Shown: piece after piece, positions 27,201 to 39,069 of the stretch | Layout: every line of letters starts with the position of its first letter | Position numbering within the stretch: position 1 is the stretch's first letter | Assembly (NCBI GenBank): GCA_964016885.1 | Contig: OZ024741.1 | Span: 3,906,001-3,970,000, forward strand | Direction of reading: 5' to 3' | Source: Eledone cirrhosa | Lineage: Eukaryota | DNA: 64,000 nucleotides | Notes under the pieces: model-generated | What the model saw: only the letters and a program-made list of their open reading frames with translations | Database searches by the model: none | Told to the model about the DNA's origin: nothing | Translations under genes and position numbers: made by a program

Positions 27201-29719
27201 TTTTAAAGGATGCAGTGTCTCGCCAGCTAACAACTGATGCAAGTAGTTTGTTCCATGGAGGTTTTAAAGGATGCAGTGTCTCGACAGCTAACAACTGATG
27301 CAGGTAGTTTATTCCATAGAGGTTTTAAAGGATGCAGTGTCTCGACAGCTAACAACTGATGAAGATAGTTTGTTCCATGGAGGTTTTAAAGGATCCAGTG
27401 TCTCGACAGCTAACAACTAATGAAGATAGTTTGTTCCATGGAGGTTTTAAAGGATCCAGTGTCTCGACAGCTAACAACTGATGTAGGTAGTTTGTTCCAT
27501 AGAGGTTTTAAAGGATGCAGTGTCTCGACAGCTAACAACTGATGCAGGTAGTTTGTTCCATAGAGGTTTTTAAGGATGCAGTGTCCGGACAGCTAACAAC
27601 TGATGCAGGTAGTTTGTTCCATGGAGGTTTTAATGGATCCAGTGTCTCGACAGCTAACAACTAATGGAGGTAGTTTGTTCCATGGAGGTTTTAAAGGATC
27701 CAGTGTCTCGACAGCTAACAACTGATGTAGTTAGTTTGTTCCATGGAGGTTTTAAAGGATCCAGTGTCTCGACAGCTAACAACTGATGCAAGTAGTTTGT
27801 TCCATGGAGGTTTTAAAGGATGCAGTGTCTCGACAGCTAACAATTGATGCAGGTAGTTTATTCCATGGAGGTTTTAATGGATCCAGTGTCTCAACAGCTA
27901 ACAACTGATGAAGGTAGTTTGTTCCATGGATGTTTTAAAGGATGCATTGTCTTGACAGCTAACAACTGATGCAGGTAGTTTGTTCCATGTAGGTTTTAAA
28001 GGAAGCTGTGTCTCGAAAGCTAACAACTGATGCAGGTAGTTTGTTCCATAGAGGTTTTAAAGGATGCAGTGTCTCGACAGCTAACAACTGATGCAGGTAG
28101 TTTGTTCCATGGAAGTTTTAAAGGATGCAGTGTCTCGACAGCTAACAACTGATGCAGGTAGTTTGTTCCATGGAGGTTTTAAAGGATGTAGTGTCTCGAC
28201 AGCTAACAACTGATGAAGGTAGTTTGTTCCATGGATGTTTTAAAGGATGCAGTGTCTCGACAGCTAACAACTGATGCAGGTAGTTTGTTCCATAGAGGTT
28301 TTAAAGGATGCAGTGTCTCGACAGCTAACAATTGATGCAGGTAGTTTGTTCCATGGAGATTCTAAAGGATGCAGTGTCTCGACAGCTAACAACTGATGCA
28401 GGTAGTTTGTTCCATGGATGTTTTAAAGGATGCAGTGTCTCGACAGCTAACAACTGGTGCTGGTAGTTTGTTCCATGGAGGTTTTAAAGGATCCAGTGTC
28501 TCGACAGCTAACAACTGATGCTGGTAGTTTGTTCCATGGAGGTTTTAAAGGATGCAGTGTCTCGACAGCTAATAGCTGATGAAGGTAGTTTGTTCCATTG
28601 AGGTTTTAAAGAAATGCAGTGTCTCGACAGCTAACAACTGATGCAGGTAGTTTGTTCCATGGAGGTTTTAAAGGATGCAGTGTCTCGACAGCTAACAATT
28701 GATGCAGGTAGTTTGTTCCGTGGAGGTTTTAAAGGATGCAGTGTCTCGACAGCTAACAACTGATGCAAGTAGTTTGTTCCATGGAGGTTTTAAAGGATGC
28801 AGTGTCTCGACAGCTAACAACTGATGCAGGTAGTTTGTTCCATAGAGGTTTTAAAGGATGCAGTGTCTCGACAGCTAACAATTGATGCAGGTAGTTTGTT
28901 CCATGGAGATTCTAAAGGATGCAGTGTCTCGACAGCTAACAACTGATGCAGGTAGTTTGTTCCATGGATGTTTTAAAGGATGCAGTGTCTCGACAGCTAA
29001 CAACTGGTGCTGGTAGTTTGTTCCATGGAGGTTTTAAAGGATCCAGTGTCTCGACAGCTAACAACTGATGCTGGTAGTTTGTTCCATGGAGGTTTTAAAG
29101 GATGCAGTGTCTCGACAGCTAACAACTGATTCTGGTAGTTTTTTCCATGGAGGTTTCAAAAGATCCAGTGTCTCGACAGCTAACAACTGATGCAGGTAGT
29201 TTGTTCCATGGAGGTTTTAAAGGATGCAGTGTCTCGACAGCTAACAATTGATGCAGGTAGTTTGTTCCGTGGAGGTTTTAAAGGATGCAGTGTCTCGACA
29301 GCTAACAACTGATGCAAGTAGTTTGTTCCATGGAGGTTTTAAAGGATGCAGTGTCTCGACAGCTAACAACTGATTCTGGTAGTTTGTTCAATGGTGGTTT
29401 TAAAGGATGTAGTGTCTTGACAGCTAACAACTGGTACTGGTAGTTTGTTCCATGGAGGTTTTAAAGGATGCAGTGTCTCGACAGCTAACAACTGATTCTG
29501 GTAGTTTGTTCTATGGAGGTTTCAAACGATCCAGTGTCTCGACAGCTAACAACTGATGCAGGTAGTTTGTTCCATGGATGTTTTAAAGGATGCAGTGTCT
29601 CGACAGCTAACAACTGATGCTGGTAGTTTGTTCCATGGAGATTTTAAAGGATCTAGTGTCTCGATAGCTAACAACTGATGCTGGTAGTTTGTTCCATGGA
29701 GGTTTTAAAGGATGCAGTG

Positions 29720-32700
29720 TCTCGACAGCTAACAACTGGTGCAGGTAGTTTCTTCCATGGAGGTTTTAAAAGATGCAGTGTCTCGACAGCTAACAACTGA
29801 TGCAGGTAGTTTGTTCCATGGAGGTTTTAAAGGATGCAGTATCTCAAAAGCTAACAACTGATGCAGGTAGTTTGTTCCATAGAGGTTTTAAAGGATGCAG
29901 TGTCCGGACAGCTAACAACTGATGTAGGTAGTGTGTTCCATGGAGGTTTTTAACGATGCAGTGTCTCGACAGCTAACAACTGATGCAGGTAGTTTGTTCT
30001 ATGGAGGTTTTAAAGGATCCAGTGACTCGACAGCTAACAAATGATGCTGCTAGTTTGTTCCATGGAGGTTTTAAAGGATGCAGTGTCTCGACAGCTAACA
30101 ACTGATGCAGGGAGTTTGTTCCATGGAGGTTTTAAAGGATGCAGTGTCTGGACAGCTAACAACTGATGAATGAAGTTTGTTCCATGGAGGTTTTAAAGGA
30201 TGCAGTGTTTCGACAGCTAACAACTGATGGAGGTAGTTTGTTCCATGGAGGTTTTAAAAGATGCAGTGTCTCGACAGCTAACAACTGGTGCAGGTAGTTT
30301 ATTCCATGGTTGTTTTAAAGGATGCAGTGTCTCGACAGCTAACAACTGATGCAGGTAGTTTGTTCGATAGAGGTTTTAAAGGATGCAGTGTCTCGACAGC
30401 TAACAACTGATGCAGGTAGTTTGTTCGATAGAGGTTTTAAAGGATGCAGTGTGTCGACAGCTAACAACTGGTGCAGGTAGTTTGTTCCATGGAGGTCTTA
30501 ATGGATCCAGTGTCTCGACAGCTAACAACTGATGAAGGTAGTTTGTTCCATGGAGGTTTTAATGGATCCAGTGTCCCGACAGCTAACAACTGATGAAGGT
30601 AGTTTGTTCCATGGAGGTTTTAATGGATCCATTATCCTGACAGCTAACAAATGATGCTGCTAGTTTGTTCCATGGAAGTTTTAAAGGATGCAGTGTCTCG
30701 ACAGCTAACAACTGGTGCAGGTAGTTTGTTCCATGGAAGTTTTAAAGGATGCAGTGTCTCGACAGCTAACAACTGATGCAGGTAGTTTGTTCCATAGAGG
30801 TTTTAAAGGATGCAGTGTCTCGACAGCTAACAACTGGTGCAGGTAGTTTGTTCCATGGAAGTTTTAAAGGATGCAGTGTCTCGACAGCTAACAACTGATG
30901 CAGGTAGTTTGTTCCATAGAGGTTTTAAAGGATGCAGTGTCTCGACAGCTAACAACTGATGCAGGTGGTTTGTTCCAGAGAGGTTTTAAAGGATGCAGTG
31001 TCTCGACAGCTAACAACTGGTGCTGGTAGTTTGTTCCATGGAGGTTTTAAAGGATCCAGTGTCTCGACAGCTAACAACTGGTGCTGGTAGTTTGTTCCAT
31101 GGAGGTTTTAAAGGATCCAGTGTCTCGACAGCTAACAACTGGTGCTGGTAGTTTGTTCGATAGAGGTTTTAAAAGATCCAGTGTCTCGACAGCTAACAAC
31201 TTGTGCTGGTAGTTTGTTCGATAGAGGTTTTAAAAGATCCAGTGTCTCGACAGCTAACAACTGGTGCAGGTAGTTTCTTCCATGGAGGTTTTAAAAGATG
31301 CAGTGTCTCGACAGCTAACAACTGATGCAGGTAGTTTGTTCCATGGAGGTTTTAAAGGATGCAGTATCTCAAAAGCTAACAACTGATGCAGGTAGTTTGT
31401 TCCATAGAGGTTTTAAAGGATGCAGTGTCCGGACAGCTAACAACTGATGTAGGTAGTGTGTTCCATGGAGGTTTTTAACGATGCAGTGTCTCGACAGCTA
31501 ACAACTGATGCAGGTAGTTTGTTCTATGGAGGTTTTAAAGGATCCAGTGACTCGACAGCTAACAAATGATGCTGCTAGTTTGTTCCATGGAGGTTTTAAA
31601 GGATGCAGTGTCTCGACAGCTAACAACTGATGCAGGGAGTTTGTTCCATGGAGGTTTTAAAGAATGCAGTGTCTGGACAGCTAACAACTGATGAATGAAG
31701 TTTGTTCCATGGAGGTTTTAAAGGATGCAGTGTTTCGACAGCTAACAACTGATGGAGGTAGTTTGTTCCATGGAGGTTTTAAAAGATGCAGTGTCTCGAC
31801 AGCTAACAACTGGTGCAGGTAGTTTATTCCATGGTTGTTTTAAAGGATGCAGTGTCTCGACAGCTAACAACTGATGCAGGTAGTTTGTTCGATAGAGGTT
31901 TTAAAGGATGCAGTGTCTCGACAGCTAACAACTGATGCAGGTAGTTTGTTCGATAGAGGTTTTAAAGGATGCAGTGTGTCGACAGCTAACAACTGGTGCA
32001 GGTAGTTTGTTCCATGGAGGTCTTAATGGATCCAGTGTCTCGACAGCTAACAACTGATGAAGGTAGTTTGTTCCATGGAGGTTTTAATGGATCCAGTGTC
32101 CCGACAGCTAACAACTGATGAAGGTAGTTTGTTCCATGGAGGTTTTAATGGATCCATTATCCTGACAGCTAACAAATGATGCTGCTAGTTTGTTCCATGG
32201 AAGTTTTAAAGGATGCAGTGTCTCGACAGCTAACAACTGGTGCAGGTAGTTTGTTCCATGGAAGTTTTAAAGGATGCAGTGTCTCGACAGCTAACAACTG
32301 ATGCAGGTAGTTTGTTCCATAGAGGTTTTAAAGGATGCAGTGCCTCGACAGCTAACAACTGGTGCAGGTAGTTTGTTCCATGGAAGTTTTAAAGGATGCA
32401 GTGTCTCGACAGCTAACAACTGATGCAGGTAGTTTGTTCCATAGAGGTTTTAAAGGATGCAGTGTCTCGACAGCTAACAACTGATGCAGGTGGTTTGTTC
32501 CAGAGAGGTTTTAAAGGATGCAGTGTCTCGACAGCTAACAACTGGTGCTGGTAGTTTGTTCCATGGAGGTTTTAAAGGATCCAGTGTCTCGACAGCTAAC
32601 AACTGGTGCTGGTAGTTTGTTCCATGGAGGTTTTAAAGGATCCAGTGTCTCGACAGCTAACAACTGGTGCTGGTAGTTTGTTCGATAGAGGTTTTAAAAG

Positions 32701-32770
32701 ATCCAGTGTCTCGACAGCTAACAACTTGTGCTGGTAGTTTGTTCGATAGAGGTTTTAAAAGATCCAGTGT
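29720..32770. repeat. Higher-order tandem duplication, 25 monomers x2 (boundaries approximate)
   Basis: Offset 1525 = 25x61 for TTTCTTCC 29752/31277 and GAATGAAG 30168/31693. Confidence 0.9.
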
Positions 32771-35700
32771 CTCGACAGCTAACAACTGGTGCTGGTAGTT
32801 GGTTCGATAGAGGTTTTAAAAGATCCAGTGTCTCGACAGCTAACAACTGGTGCTGGTAGTTTGTTCGATAGAGGTTTTAAAAGATCCAGTGTCTCGACAG
32901 CTAACAACTGGTGCTGGTAGTTTGTTCGATAGAGGTTTTAAAAGATCCAGTGTCTCGACAGCTAACAACTGGTGCTGGTAGTTTGTTCGATAGAGGTCTT
33001 AAAGGATGCAGTGTCTCGACAGCTAACAACTGGTGCTGGTAGTTTGTTCCATGGAGGTTTTAAAGGATCCAGTGTCTCGACAGCTAACAACTGATGCTGG
33101 TAGTTTGTTCCATGGAGGTTTTAAAGGATCCAGTGTCTCGACAGCTAACAACTGGTGCAGGTAGATTGTTCCATGGAGGTTTTAAAGGATGCAGTGTCTC
33201 GACAGCTAACAACTGGTGCTGGTAGTTTGTTCCATGGAGGTTTTAATAGATCCATTGTCCCGACAGCTAACAACTGATGAAGGTAGTTTGTTTTATGGAG
33301 GTTTTAAAGGATCCAGTGTCTCGACAGCTAACAACTGATGCAGGTAGTGTGTTCCATGGAGGTTTTTAAGGATGCAGTGTCTCGACAGCTAACAACTGTT
33401 GCAGGTGGTTTGTTCCATAGAGGTTTTAAAGGATGCAGTGTCTCGACAGCTAACAACTGATGCAGGTAGTTTGTTCCATGGAGGTTTTAAAGGATCCAGT
33501 GTCTCGACAGCTAACAACTGGTGCTGGTAGTTTGTTCGATAGAGGTTTTAAAGGATGCAGTGTCTCGATAGCTAACAACTGGTGCAGGTGGATTGTTCCA
33601 TGGAGATTTTAATGAATCCAGTGTCTCGACAGCTAACTACTGATGCAGGTAGTTTGTTCCATGGTTGTTTTAAAGGATGCAGTGTCTCGATAGCTAACAA
33701 CTGGTGCTGGTAGTTTGTTCCATGGAGGTTTTAATGGATCTATTGTCCCGACAGCTAACAAATGATGCTGCTAGTTTGTTCCATGGAGGTTTTAAAGGAT
33801 GCAGTGTCTCGACAGCTAATAGCTGATGAAGGTAGTTTGTTCCATGGAGGTTTTAATGGATCCATTGTCCCGACAGCTAACAACTGATGAAGGTAGTTTG
33901 TTCCATGGATGTTTTAATGGATGCAGTGTCTCGACAGCTAACAACTGATGCAGGTAGTTTGTTCTATGGAGGTTTTAAAGGATGCAGTGTCTCGACAGCT
34001 AACAAATGATGCTGCTAGTTTGTTCCATGGAGGTTTTAAAGGATGCAGTGTCTCGACAGCTAACAACTGATGTAGGTAGTTTGTTCCATGGAGGTTTTAA
34101 AGGATGCAGTGTCTCGACAGCTAACAACTGATGCAGGTGGTTTGTTCCATAGATGTTTTAAAGGATGCAGTGTCTCGACAGCTAACAACTGATGTAGGTA
34201 GTTTGTTCCATGGAGGTTTTAAAGGATGCAGTGTCTCGACAGCTAACAACTGATGCAGGTAGTTTCTACCATGGAGATTCTAAAGGATGCAGTGTCTTGA
34301 CAGCTAACAACTGATGCAGGTAGTTTGTTCCATGGATGTTTTAAAGGATGCAGTGTCTCGACAGCTAACAACTGGTGCTGGTAGTTTGTTACATGGAGGT
34401 TTTAAAGGATCCAGTGTCTCGACAGCTAACAACTGATGCTGGTAGTTTCTACCATGGAGATTCTAAAGGATGCAGTGTCTCGACAGCTAACAACTGATGC
34501 AGGTAGTTTGTTCCATGGGGGTTTTAAAGGATGCAGTGTCTCGACAGTTAACAACTGGTGCTGGTAGTTTGTTCCATGGAGGTTTTAATGGATGCAGTGT
34601 CACGACAGCTAACAACTGATGAATGTAGTTTGTTCCATGGGGGTTTTAAAGGATGCAGTGTTTCGACAGCTAACAACTAATGTAGGTAGTTTGTTCCATG
34701 GAGGTTTTAAAGGGTGCAGTGTCTCGACAGCTAACAGCTGATGCAGGTAGTTTATTCCATGGAGGTTTTAAAGGTTCCAGTGTCTCGACAGCTAACGACT
34801 GATGCTGGTAGTTTGTTCCATGGGGGTTTCAAACGATCCAGTGTCTTGACAGCTAACAACTGATGGAGGTAGTTTGTTCCATGGAGGTCTTAATGGATCC
34901 AGTGTCCCGACAGCTAACAACTGATGCAGGGAGTTTGTTCCATGGAGGGTTTAAAGGATGCAGTGTCTTAACATCTAACAACTGGTGCAGGTAGTTTGTT
35001 CCATGGAGGTTTTAATGGTTCCATTGTCCCGACAGCTAACAACTGATGAAGGTAGTTTGTTCCATGGAGGTTTTAAAGGATGCAGTGTCTCGACAGCAAA
35101 CAACTGATGAATGTAGTTTGTTCCATGGAGGTTTTAAAGGATGCAGTGTTTCGACAGCTAACAACTGATGTAGGTAGTTTGTTCCATGGAGGTTTTAATG
35201 GATCCATTGTCCCGACAGCTAACAACTGATGAAGGTAGTTTGTTCCATGGAGGTTTTAAAGGATCCAGTGTCTCGACAGCTAACAACTGGTGCTGGTAGT
35301 TTGTTCCATGGAGGTTTTAATGGATGCAGTGTCACGACAGCTAACAACTGATGAATGTAGTTTGTTCCATGGAGGTTTTAAAGGATGCAGTTTTTCGACA
35401 GCTAACAACTGATGTAGGTAGTTTGTTCCATGGAGGTTTTAAAGGGTACAGTGTCTCGACAGCTAACAGCTGATGCAGGTAGTTTATTCCATGGAGGTTT
35501 TAATGGATGCAGTGTCTCGACAGCTAACAACTGATGCAGGTAGTTTGTTCTCTGGAGGTTTTAAAGGATGCAGTGTCTCGACAGCTAACAACTGATGCAG
35601 GGGGTTTGTTCCATAGAGGTTTTAAAGGTTGCAATGTCTCGACAGCCAACAACTGATGTAGATTGTTTGTTCCATGGAGGTTTTAAAGGATGCAGTGTCT

Positions 35701-38700
35701 CGACAGCTAACAACTGGTGCTGGTAGTTTGTTCGATAGAGGTTTTAAAGGATGCTGTGTCTCGACAGCTAACAACTGGTGCAGGTAGATTGTTCCATGGA
35801 GATTTTAATGGATCCAGTGTCTCGACAGCTAACAAATGATGCAGGTAGTTTGTTCCATGGATGTTTTAAAGGATGCAGTGTCTCGACAGCTAACAACTGG
35901 TGCTGGTAGTTTGTTCCATGGAGGTTTTAATAGATCCATTGTCCCGACAGCTAACAACTGATGAAGGTAGTTTGTTCTATGGAGGTTTTAAAGGATCCAG
36001 TGTCTCGACAGCTAACAAATGATGCTGCTAGTTTGTTCCATGGAGGTTTTAAAGGATGCAGCGTCTCGACAGATAACAACTGATGCAGGCAGTTTGTTCC
36101 ATGGAGGTTTTAATGGATGCAGTGTCTCGATAGTTAACAACTGATGAAGGTAGTATGTTTCATGGAGGTTTTAAAAGATGCAGTGTCTGGACAGCTAACA
36201 ACTGATGCAAGTAGTTTGTTCCATGGAGGTTTTAAAGGATGCAGTGTCACGACAGCTAACTATTGATGCAGGTAGTTTGTTCCATGGAGGTTTTAAAGGA
36301 TGCAGTGTCTCGACAGCTAACAACTGATGCAGGTAGTTTATTCCATGGAGCTTCTAAAGGATGCAGTGTCTCGACAGCTAACAACTGATGTAGGTAGTTT
36401 GTCCCATGGAGGTTTTAAAGGATGCAGTGTCTCGACAGCTAACAACTGATGCTGGTAGTTTGTTCCATGGAGGTTTTAATGGATCCAGTGTCTCGACAGC
36501 TATCAACTGATGTAGGTAGTTTGTTCCATGGATGTTTTAAAGGATGCAGTGTCTCGACAGCTAACAACTGGTGCAGGTAGATTGTTCCATGGAGATTTTC
36601 ATGGATCCAGTGTCTCAACAGCTAACAACTGATGCAGGTAGTTTGTTCCATGGATGTTTTAAAGGATGCAGTGTCTCGACAGCTAACAACTGATGTAGGC
36701 AGTTTGTTCCATGGAGGTTTTAAAGGATGCAGTGTCTCGACAGCTAACAACTGATGCTGGTAGTTTGTTCCATGGAGGATTTAAAGGATCCAGTGTCTCG
36801 CCAGCTAACATCTGATGGAGGTAGTTTGTTCCATGGAGGTTTTAAAGGATGCAGTGTCTCGACAGCTAACAACTGATGCTGGTAGTTTGTTCCATGGAGG
36901 TTTTAAAGGATCCAGTGTCTCAACAGCTAACAACTGATGCAGGTAGTTTGTTCCATGGATGTTTTAAAGGATTCAGTGTCTCAACAGCTAACAACTGATG
37001 CTGGTAGTTTGTTCCATGGAGGTTTTAAAGGATCCAGTGTCTCGCCAGCTAACAACTTATGGCGGAAGTTTGTTCCATGGAGGTTTTAAAGGATGCAGTG
37101 TCTCGACAGCTAACAACTGATGCTGGTAGTTTGTTCCATGGAGGTTTTAAAGGATGCAGTGTCTCGACAGCTAACAACTGATGCTGGTAGTTTGTTCCAT
37201 GGAGGTTTCAAAGGATGCAGTGTCTCGACAGCTAACAACTGATGTAGGTAGTTTGTTCCATGGAGGTTTTAAAGGATCCAGTGTCTCGACAGCTAACAAC
37301 TGATGCAGATAGTTTGTTCCATGCATGTTTTCAAGGATTCAGTGTCTAAACAGCTAACAACTGATGCAGGTAGTTTGTTCCATGGAGGTTTTAAAGGATG
37401 CAGTGTCGCGACAGCTAACAACTGATGCTGGTAGTTTGTTCCATGGAGGTTTTAAAGGATGCAGTGTCTCGACAGCTAACAACTGATGCTGGTAGTTTGT
37501 TCCATGGAGGTTTTAAAGGATCCAGTGTCTCGACAGCTAACAACTGATGCAGGTAGTTTGTTCCATGGATGTTTTAAAGGATCCAGTGTCTTGACAGCTA
37601 ACAACTGATGCTGGTAGTTTGTTCCATGGAGGTTTTAAAGGATGCAGTGTCTCGTCAGCTAACAACTGGTGCAGCTAGTTTGATTCATGGAGGTTTTAAA
37701 GGATGCAGTGTCTCGTCAGCTAACAACTGGTGCAGGTAGTTTGATCCATGGAGGTTTTAAAGGATCCAGTGTCTCGACAGCTAACAACTGATGCAGGTAG
37801 TTTGATCCATGGAGGTTTTAAAGGATGCTGTGTCTCGACAGCTAACAACTGATGCAGGTAGATTGTTCCATAGAGATTTTAATGGATCCAGTGTCTCGAC
37901 AGCTAACAACTGATGCCGGTAGTTTATTCCATGGAGGTTTTAAAGGATGCAGTGTCTCGACAGCTAACAACTGATACAGGTAGTTTGTTCCATGGAGGTT
38001 TTAAAGGATGCACTGTCTCGTCAGCTAAAAACTGGTGCAGGTAGTTTGATCCATGGAGGTTTTAAAGGATCCAGTGTCTCGACAGCTAACAACTGGTACA
38101 GGTAGATTGTTCCATAGAGATTTTAATGGATGCTGCGTCTCGATAGCTAACAACTGGTGCAGGTAGATTGTTCCATGGAGGTTTTAATGGATCTAGTGTC
38201 TCGACAGCAAACAGCTGACGCAGGTAGTTTGTTCCATGGTGGTTTTAATGGATCCAGTGTCTCGACAGCTATCAACTGATGTAGGTAGTTTGTTCCATGG
38301 ATGTTTTAAAGGATGCAGTGTCTCGACAGCTAACAACTGGTGCAGGTAGATTGTTCCATGGAGATTTTCATGGATCCAGTGTCTCAACAGCTAACAACTG
38401 ATGCAGGTAGTTTGTTCCATGGATGTTTTAAAGGATGCAGTGTCTCGACAGCTAACAACTGATGTAGGTAGTTTGTTCCATGGAGGTTTTAAAGGATCCA
38501 GTGTCTCGCCAGCTAACATCTGATGGAGATAGTTTGTTCCATGGAGGTTTTAAAGGATGCAGTGTCTCGACAGCTAACAACTGATGCTGGTAGTTTGTTC
38601 CATGGAGGTTTTAAAGGATCCAGTGTCTCAACAGCTAACAACTGATGCAGGTAGTTTGTTCCATGGATGTTTTAAAGGATTCAGTGTCTCAACAGCTAAC

Positions 38701-39069
38701 AACTGATGCTGGTAGTTTGTTCCATGGAGGTTTTAAAGGATCCAGTGTCTCGCCAGCTAACAACTTATGGAGGAAGTTTGTTCCATGGAGGTTTTAAAGG
38801 ATGCAGTGTCTCGACAGCTAACAACTGATGCTGGTAGTTTGTTCCATGGAGGTTTTAAAGGATGCAGTGTCTCGAAAGCTAACAACTGATGCTGGTAGTT
38901 TGTTCCATGGAGGTTTTAAAGGATGCAGTGTCTCGACAGCTAACAACTGATGCTGGTAGTTTGTTCCATGGAGGTTTGAAAGGATGCAGTCTCTCGTCAG
39001 CTAACAACTGGTGCAGCTAGTTTGATTCATGGAGGTTTTAAAGGATGCAGTGTCTCGTCAGCTAACAAC

